DNA from: Patescibacteria group bacterium
Lineage (GTDB): Bacteria > Patescibacteriota > Minisyncoccia > HO2-45-28
Direction of reading: 5' to 3'
NCBI GenBank assembly: GCA_038064075.1
Contig: JBBTTU010000004.1
Coordinates: forward strand, 647 to 64,646
Length of the DNA stretch: 64,000 nucleotides
The position numbers and the translations under genes are program-made. Below the pieces are notes generated by a model that searched no databases, was not told the origin of the DNA, and was given only the letters and a program-made list of their open reading frames with translations. This document shows positions 58,781 through 64,000 of the stretch, one piece after another (the first letter of the stretch is position 1; the number at the start of each line of letters is the position of its first letter).

Positions 58781-60306
58781 GCCGATTCCTGAATTGATAA
58801 AGCGGCTAGATTCAGCTTTTTAGCCAAGTAATCAACAAAAGGCTCAACGACCTTTTGTTTTTTCTCCATATTTGATCCGCCTTCAATATCCCAGATTTGA
58901 ACCAAATCCAAATCGGCGCTTTCTTTGTAAATGGCCGCGATTAAATTAATAAGCGCCGGCTCGCTGTAATTAAAATTTTCAAGCTGCTCTTTGACGATGT
59001 GCGGCAGATCTTCTATTGCCGCGCATTTTTTTGCCATGGGCAAGGCGTTATAAAACACATTGCCGAAAGTTACCGCCGGTTTTTTAAGCAAAACAGCTTC
59101 CCAGCCGGCCGTGCTGTTTATGGTTATTATAAGCTTCGCGTTTTTTGTTATCGGGAAGCTTTCCAGTGAAGGATCCACAAGTCTGACATTCGGTATTTTT
59201 TTTAATTCTTTGTAAAAACGCCGGGTGCGGTATCCAAACATGGCCGGATGCTCTTTAACATATAATTTGCAGGCAATCGGCAGAGAGCGGGCGATTTGTT
59301 TTATCAGCCACAGCTGGTCGGTATAAAACGGCGCGAAAAGAGAAATGGACATTTCCGGCTCAAGATGCATAGGGAAGAAAGCAAAATCCTCCTCCAAATC
59401 AGGCGCGTCGTATAAATCGTTAAAACCGATCAAGACCCTTAATTTTCTTTTGATCTTGTCAATGAAATAGTGCCACGGCTTTATTACCTCAAAATCGTCT
59501 TTATGCGGGTTGATCAGGTAGTCATAAATTATTTTAAAGTTCCAAACAAGCGAGCGGGCGATATTTTCCGGCCGCAGGAACTTAAATTGGTTTTTTCTGC
59601 CAATCGGCCTTTTTTTGGGCGAATCGGTCGTAGAATGAGGGCGCGGGTTCGCCCTGAACTCTTCTAAAAACGCTTGAGCCATTTTTATTTCTTTGATTTC
59701 GGGCATCGGATTTTTTTGTAAATCAGAAAACATATCGCTGATATAACTTAGATTTCCGTGGTTTGTCGTAAGCGAATATCTCGCTCCCACGCGCGTAGTT
59801 TGGATAAATAAAGTTTTTATGCCCATTTTTTTAGCCGCATGATACATAAGAAGCGTCGCGATATCAACAATGACTGACAAAAGGACAAAATCAGGTTTTT
59901 GTCTTTCCAAGAATTTGATCATGGCGCGCGCTTTAACCTGAAGGATTCTCATCATTTCTTCGTGGGAATATTTCGGCCGATCATAAGGATATTCCCTGAC
60001 CAGCTGGCCGCGCCGGACTACGCGGTCAATTTCAATATAAGGCCACAGGTTGGGAATTCCGTATTCTTTTTCAAGCCAGCGCAAATAATTGAGATCGAGC
60101 GGCTCGTCTTTGTATTGTTTATGGATATCCTCGTCCAGCAGAAGTTCGGCATAGTTTATTTCTTTTTGGGTTTTTAGAAAATTCAGGCTGTCTCTTTGAT
60201 AGACATAGCCGCAAAAATCTTGGACGCCGTATTTTTTCCGCAAAACCGCGGCCATGGCGTGGCCGACATAAGCAAACCTTCGTTGCAATAATAAGCAGGC
60301 TTTCAT
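58777..60306 (-). CDS. Capsule polysaccharide biosynthesis (KpsS/LipB-like) GT-B protein
   Basis: FFPMHLEPE, LYVKEHP and TINSTAGWEA motifs. Confidence 0.75.
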   Translation of the reverse strand: MKACLLLQRRFAYVGHAMAAVLRKKYGVQDFCGYVYQRDSLNFLKTQKEINYAELLLDEDIHKQYKDEPLDLNYLRWLEKEYGIPNLWPYIEIDRVVRRGQLVREYPYDRPKYSHEEMMRILQVKARAMIKFLERQKPDFVLLSVIVDIATLLMYHAAKKMGIKTLFIQTTRVGARYSLTTNHGNLSYISDMFSDLQKNPMPEIKEIKMAQAFLEEFRANPRPHSTTDSPKKRPIGRKNQFKFLRPENIARSLVWNFKIIYDYLINPHKDDFEVIKPWHYFIDKIKRKLRVLIGFNDLYDAPDLEEDFAFFPMHLEPEMSISLFAPFYTDQLWLIKQIARSLPIACKLYVKEHPAMFGYRTRRFYKELKKIPNVRLVDPSLESFPITKNAKLIITINSTAGWEAVLLKKPAVTFGNVFYNALPMAKKCAAIEDLPHIVKEQLENFNYSEPALINLIAAIYKESADLDLVQIWDIEGGSNMEKKQKVVEPFVDYLAKKLNLAALSIQESA

Positions 60307-62846
60307 TGATTTATTTTCAGAAGCGTCTCAATTCTTTTATTCAGCGCGATCGCTCCTTGTTCCATAAGTTTTGGATAGCGGAATTCAACGATATTTTCTC
60401 CGGGAGGAACAAGAATTGCTTGATAAAGATAGTTGGCGGTATAGATCGGGGCACTTTTGGCGTTGACGGTCGCCTGCCAGAAATCAGGGAACCGGCTTTC
60501 GCTAAAAATCAAAAAACGGTGATTTTCAGTTTTGGTTTTGAGCCGCAAGTTTCCGGCGGTGTAAAGTTGGAGCTCTATTTTGTCGCTCGGGCTTGATTTT
60601 GTTGAAAGCGCTTCGTCGTTTAAGGTTAATGGTTCCAGAACAGTTGTTTTTTTAAAGTCCTGAACTTGGTCAAGAGTTTTCAGTATTTCAGCGTCATTTC
60701 CTTCAGCCCACAAAACTTTTTCAGAAAAATACCAGCGGGGCATAAAATGTTTATTTTCATAAATATAGACCGGAATATTCGTATTGGCGGCTAGAGTCGC
60801 AAATATCGGCCGCGATTCATTTTTCAGCATGAGCGGAGTCAGGATATATCGGATATTAAGCGCGCCTAAAAGGCGCATGTTTTTTTCATCAGAAAAAGCT
60901 TTTAGGTAATCATCAAGGGAAACAGTGTCTTTGTATGATGTCGCTATGGATACATCCTGCCGCATCGCCGTAAAATATAAAGCCATTAATCGTTTAAGCG
61001 CCAATGTCTGGGTGTTTCGGAAAGCGTCAAAATCAAACATTGCGTGGATATTGTATTCCATCATTTCCCGGCTGAACCACCGCCGTTTTTCGCTGTCATA
61101 GATAGTGTCAATTCCGTATTCTTTTGATAATCTCGCCAGAAATTGATAAGGCGTATAAAGAAAAATTCTGTAAGGAACAAAACTCGCGGAGTTTTCGGAA
61201 TCAAGCGGCAATTTGCGGCTGGTGTAGGGATTGATTGAATGCAGGAATTTGGCGGTTTCCGGTTCTGTTTTTAAATACGAGGCCGGCGGTCCGTTGAATA
61301 TATCGGTCCAAAATAAAGCGCTGCCGAGGAGCGTGATAATCACGGCTGATTTTCTCCATTTTTGATACGGCACGAGCTCATATTTGCCGAGAGTCAAATA
61401 TAAGAGAGCAATCAGCCATAAAAAAGAAGAAAGCAAAATCCATTTGTTTTTTAAAGAAAAATTATCCACCAAGCTGTTTGCCATTTCAGTTATAACTTGA
61501 CGGTAATACGCCGCGGGCCGGCTGAATATTCTGTCCGGGACGTTTTGATAGCGCGCGACGCCGTATGAAGCGAGCGACAATTTAATCCGGCTGTCAAAGA
61601 GAGCGATGAACCCGGCCGCAAACACAGCCAGAATAAAAAGAGACCATAATGCGATTATCGCGCGTTTTGAAAGTCGGTGCTGGAAAAAATCGCGCAAGTT
61701 GTCAAAGCCGTATCCGGCAAGAATTGCAAGAGAAAAAACAATTACAAAAGACCATTTCCAGTATCCGCCGAACCATTTGAGCACCGGAAGCCGGTGAAAC
61801 AGCCAGAATAGCGGCGAATGGCTTACGGTCATCAAAATGGAGCCGGCCGCAAGGCCGATAAAAAACGGCAGGTATCGGTTTCCTTTGATATTTTTTATGA
61901 AAAGAACCGAAAGCGCCAGCAGAAGAGGCAGCGTTCCGAAAAAAAGCAGATAAGGTTCGTTTCCGAGGGGAAAGAACGGCAGCAGGTCGCCGTAAAGAAC
62001 GGAAATGCGGGGATTGAACATATAGAGGAAATGGGCAAGGGTGGTCGGCATGTAGGCCGCGCCGTCGCCCGTGCCGCCGGCTCTTTCCGAATATGAAATA
62101 AAATGCAGCACTGACAAGAACCACGGCGAAAGAATAAGTGCGCTTAAAGGAATCGCGCCGAAAAATATAAGAGGATATCGCCAGCTGAAATTTTCAGAAT
62201 TTCTTTTTTGGAAAATCAAATATATCGCGAAAAATCCAAGCGCGGTCAAAGCGTAGACAATCATTTCCGACCAGCCGCCGATCCAGGCGTAAAACATAAG
62301 GGCGAACCATATCCAGAACCAGCGCAGGCGTCCCTCAAAAATTTTCAAAAGACACAAAAAAGAAAGAGGCAAAAATGGCATTAAAGCCGCGATAGTGGTT
62401 ATGCCGACGTATCTTACGACTACGCCGCTGAAGGAATAAGACACGGCCGCGATCAAACTCGCTGTCCGGCTCAAATTCAGCGTTCTTGCCAAGGCGTATA
62501 AACCTAATCCGTTTGCGACGAAAAACGCGGCAATCATGATGTTATTGGCAAAAAACGGCGAGAGATATTTGAGAATAAAAATAAAAACAGGATTTAAAAA
62601 AGCGTCCAGCGTCAGGTTAATCGGATATCCGGAATTATAGGCCGGCCACCAGTTTGGCAGCATTTTCAAGTCATATACGAAGCGCGCCATCTCCTTGAAA
62701 TACATATAATGAAATAAACTGCCTCCTCCCATTGACGGCAATTTTCCAAGCAGGAACGGCCAAAATAAAAATAATGATCCCGCCGACAGAACAAAAACCG
62801 CGAAAGCCCCGCCGTAAAAACGTTTAAACTTAAAAAGTTTATTCAT
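60303..62846 (-). CDS. YfhO-family large membrane glycosyltransferase-like protein
   Basis: W.PAYNSGYP; multi-TM; LGALNIRYI; W.ATVN...ANYLYQAILVPPGEN.VEFRY. Confidence 0.8.
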   Translation of the reverse strand: MNKLFKFKRFYGGAFAVFVLSAGSLFLFWPFLLGKLPSMGGGSLFHYMYFKEMARFVYDLKMLPNWWPAYNSGYPINLTLDAFLNPVFIFILKYLSPFFANNIMIAAFFVANGLGLYALARTLNLSRTASLIAAVSYSFSGVVVRYVGITTIAALMPFLPLSFLCLLKIFEGRLRWFWIWFALMFYAWIGGWSEMIVYALTALGFFAIYLIFQKRNSENFSWRYPLIFFGAIPLSALILSPWFLSVLHFISYSERAGGTGDGAAYMPTTLAHFLYMFNPRISVLYGDLLPFFPLGNEPYLLFFGTLPLLLALSVLFIKNIKGNRYLPFFIGLAAGSILMTVSHSPLFWLFHRLPVLKWFGGYWKWSFVIVFSLAILAGYGFDNLRDFFQHRLSKRAIIALWSLFILAVFAAGFIALFDSRIKLSLASYGVARYQNVPDRIFSRPAAYYRQVITEMANSLVDNFSLKNKWILLSSFLWLIALLYLTLGKYELVPYQKWRKSAVIITLLGSALFWTDIFNGPPASYLKTEPETAKFLHSINPYTSRKLPLDSENSASFVPYRIFLYTPYQFLARLSKEYGIDTIYDSEKRRWFSREMMEYNIHAMFDFDAFRNTQTLALKRLMALYFTAMRQDVSIATSYKDTVSLDDYLKAFSDEKNMRLLGALNIRYILTPLMLKNESRPIFATLAANTNIPVYIYENKHFMPRWYFSEKVLWAEGNDAEILKTLDQVQDFKKTTVLEPLTLNDEALSTKSSPSDKIELQLYTAGNLRLKTKTENHRFLIFSESRFPDFWQATVNAKSAPIYTANYLYQAILVPPGENIVEFRYPKLMEQGAIALNKRIETLLKINQ

Positions 62847-62962
62847 AATGCTTTTTGCAACTTTTATGGATTTTGAGGACTAAATTAATGATTTTAAAAT
62901 AATAACACATTGACTTAAATCCATCAATAATCTATTTTAAAATATAAAGTTTAAAATTGTTT

Positions 62963-64000
62963 ATGAAGACTAAAATTATCGTTACTCTCGGCCCCGCGAC
63001 CGGAAATTTGGGAGACCTGCTTAAAATGCGCGCCCGCGGCGTTGATTTTGTGCGCATCAACATGTCCCATTCAACGCTGGAGGACTTGAAATATTTTATT
63101 GATTTATCAAAAAAAGCCGGCATCCCGTTTATTATTGACACCGAAGGCTCCCAGATAAGGAGCGGCGGTTTGGAGGGAGGAAGAGTTTATTTTAATGAAA
63201 ACGATGAATTGCGCCTTTTTGGCGACGACGGCGGCGGGCCGCGCGGAGATAAAAGCAGGATTTTTCTAAAACCGAAAGAAATAATATCGCAGCTTGAGGA
63301 AGGAGACATTCTTTATATGGATTTTGACGCTCTGGTTTTGCGCGTCTCGGATGTTTCTCCGCAAACAGACGGTTCCATTGCGGCAAAAGTGATTTCCGGA
63401 GGATATCTGGGCGGCAACAAGGGCGTTGTTATAGATTCGGCAATGAACAAAAATTATGATTTGCCGGTTCTCTCACCGAAGGATTATCAGTCCATAGAAT
63501 TGGGTTTGCAAGAAAATGTCGGTTATATAGCGGCTTCTTTTATGCGTTCCGGAAGTTTTGTGGACAAGGTTAGAAAGGCCGCAAAAGGCAAAATGAAAAT
63601 AATTTCAAAGATAGAATGTCGGGACGGTTTAAATAATCTTGATGAAATTATCGCTAAGTCGGATTTCATATTAATAGACCGGGGCGATTTGAGCAAAGAA
63701 GTGCCGATTGAAGAAATCCCGATTTTGCAGAAAGAAATCATCGCGAGGTCTAAAAAGTCGGGCAAAGGCGTTTTTGTGGCAACCAATCTTTTGGAAACAA
63801 TGATTAAAGAAAAGAAGCCGACCCGCGCCGAGGTTTGCGATGTCGTAAATACCGTCTGGGACGGCGCTTACGGTTTGACGCTGGCCGCGGAAACCGCGAT
63901 CGGAAAACATCCGATAGAGAGCATTAATGTTTTAAACGCTTTAATTTCGCAGGCCGAATCGGGATCAGGAGAAAAGTATCTGATCCCTCCGCATGGCGGC
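62963..64000 (+). CDS. Pyruvate kinase barrel fused to a probable sulfate adenylyltransferase (3'-truncated; absent from the ORF track)
   Basis: MKTKIIVTLGP, RINMSH, DTEGSQIR, ISKIE, DRGDL, ATNLLETM, PTRAEV.D and AETAIGKHP motifs, then directly ...EKYLIPPHGG at the window edge. Confidence 0.85.
   Translation, partial: MKTKIIVTLGPATGNLGDLLKMRARGVDFVRINMSHSTLEDLKYFIDLSKKAGIPFIIDTEGSQIRSGGLEGGRVYFNENDELRLFGDDGGGPRGDKSRIFLKPKEIISQLEEGDILYMDFDALVLRVSDVSPQTDGSIAAKVISGGYLGGNKGVVIDSAMNKNYDLPVLSPKDYQSIELGLQENVGYIAASFMRSGSFVDKVRKAAKGKMKIISKIECRDGLNNLDEIIAKSDFILIDRGDLSKEVPIEEIPILQKEIIARSKKSGKGVFVATNLLETMIKEKKPTRAEVCDVVNTVWDGAYGLTLAAETAIGKHPIESINVLNALISQAESGSGEKYLIPPHGG

Noticed and set aside
62932-63910. 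Four short minus-strand ORFs
   Set aside because: They are antisense to the open pyruvate kinase frame, which the ORF track missed because it has no stop codon in the window.
63961-63987. 8-bp inverted repeat (GGGATCAG/CTGATCCC) at the PK-Sat linker
   Set aside because: The stem is short with an 11-nt loop, there is no U-tract, and it lies inside an open frame; it could be chance.
1-64000. CRISPR array, tRNA/rRNA, diversity-generating retroelement or retron
   Set aside because: No repeat-spacer array, cloverleaf, rRNA motif or reverse transcriptase was seen, and intergenic spaces are too short.

Overview
This is a gene-dense bacterial chromosomal window (code 11). Its gene content points to a CPR/Patescibacteria (Parcubacteria-like) genome; this is an inference. 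Bases 1-12.6 kb hold the tail of a Cys-rich FN3 surface protein, a MerR-like HTH protein, an O-antigen-ligase/TPR protein, murJ, tsaC, a sigma4/HARE-HTH protein, and a module of two membrane proteins plus two tandem VirD4/TraG-like ATPases. Bases 12.5-64 kb are a ~50 kb surface-glycan cluster: 8 GT4, 3 polyprenyl-phosphate GT2, about 8 multi-TM GT-C-type proteins, 8 methyltransferases, 2 AsnB-type amidotransferases, a Wzx flippase, nucleotide-sugar enzymes, and a truncated ORF fusing a pyruvate kinase barrel to an ATP-sulfurylase-like N-terminus. No rRNA, tRNA, CRISPR array, transposase or integrase was seen. The most unusual signals are small: (i) miniature inverted-repeat elements inserted exactly at ATGAA start codons, with a TGAA duplication that regenerates the start; (ii) 15-bp in-frame palindromes and 7-bp-period repeats inside coding sequences; (iii) a collapsed zinc-ribbon gene remnant; (iv) frequent -10 boxes 6-8 nt before ATGs, suggesting leaderless transcripts. 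All product calls come from motif recognition by eye; no database search was run.
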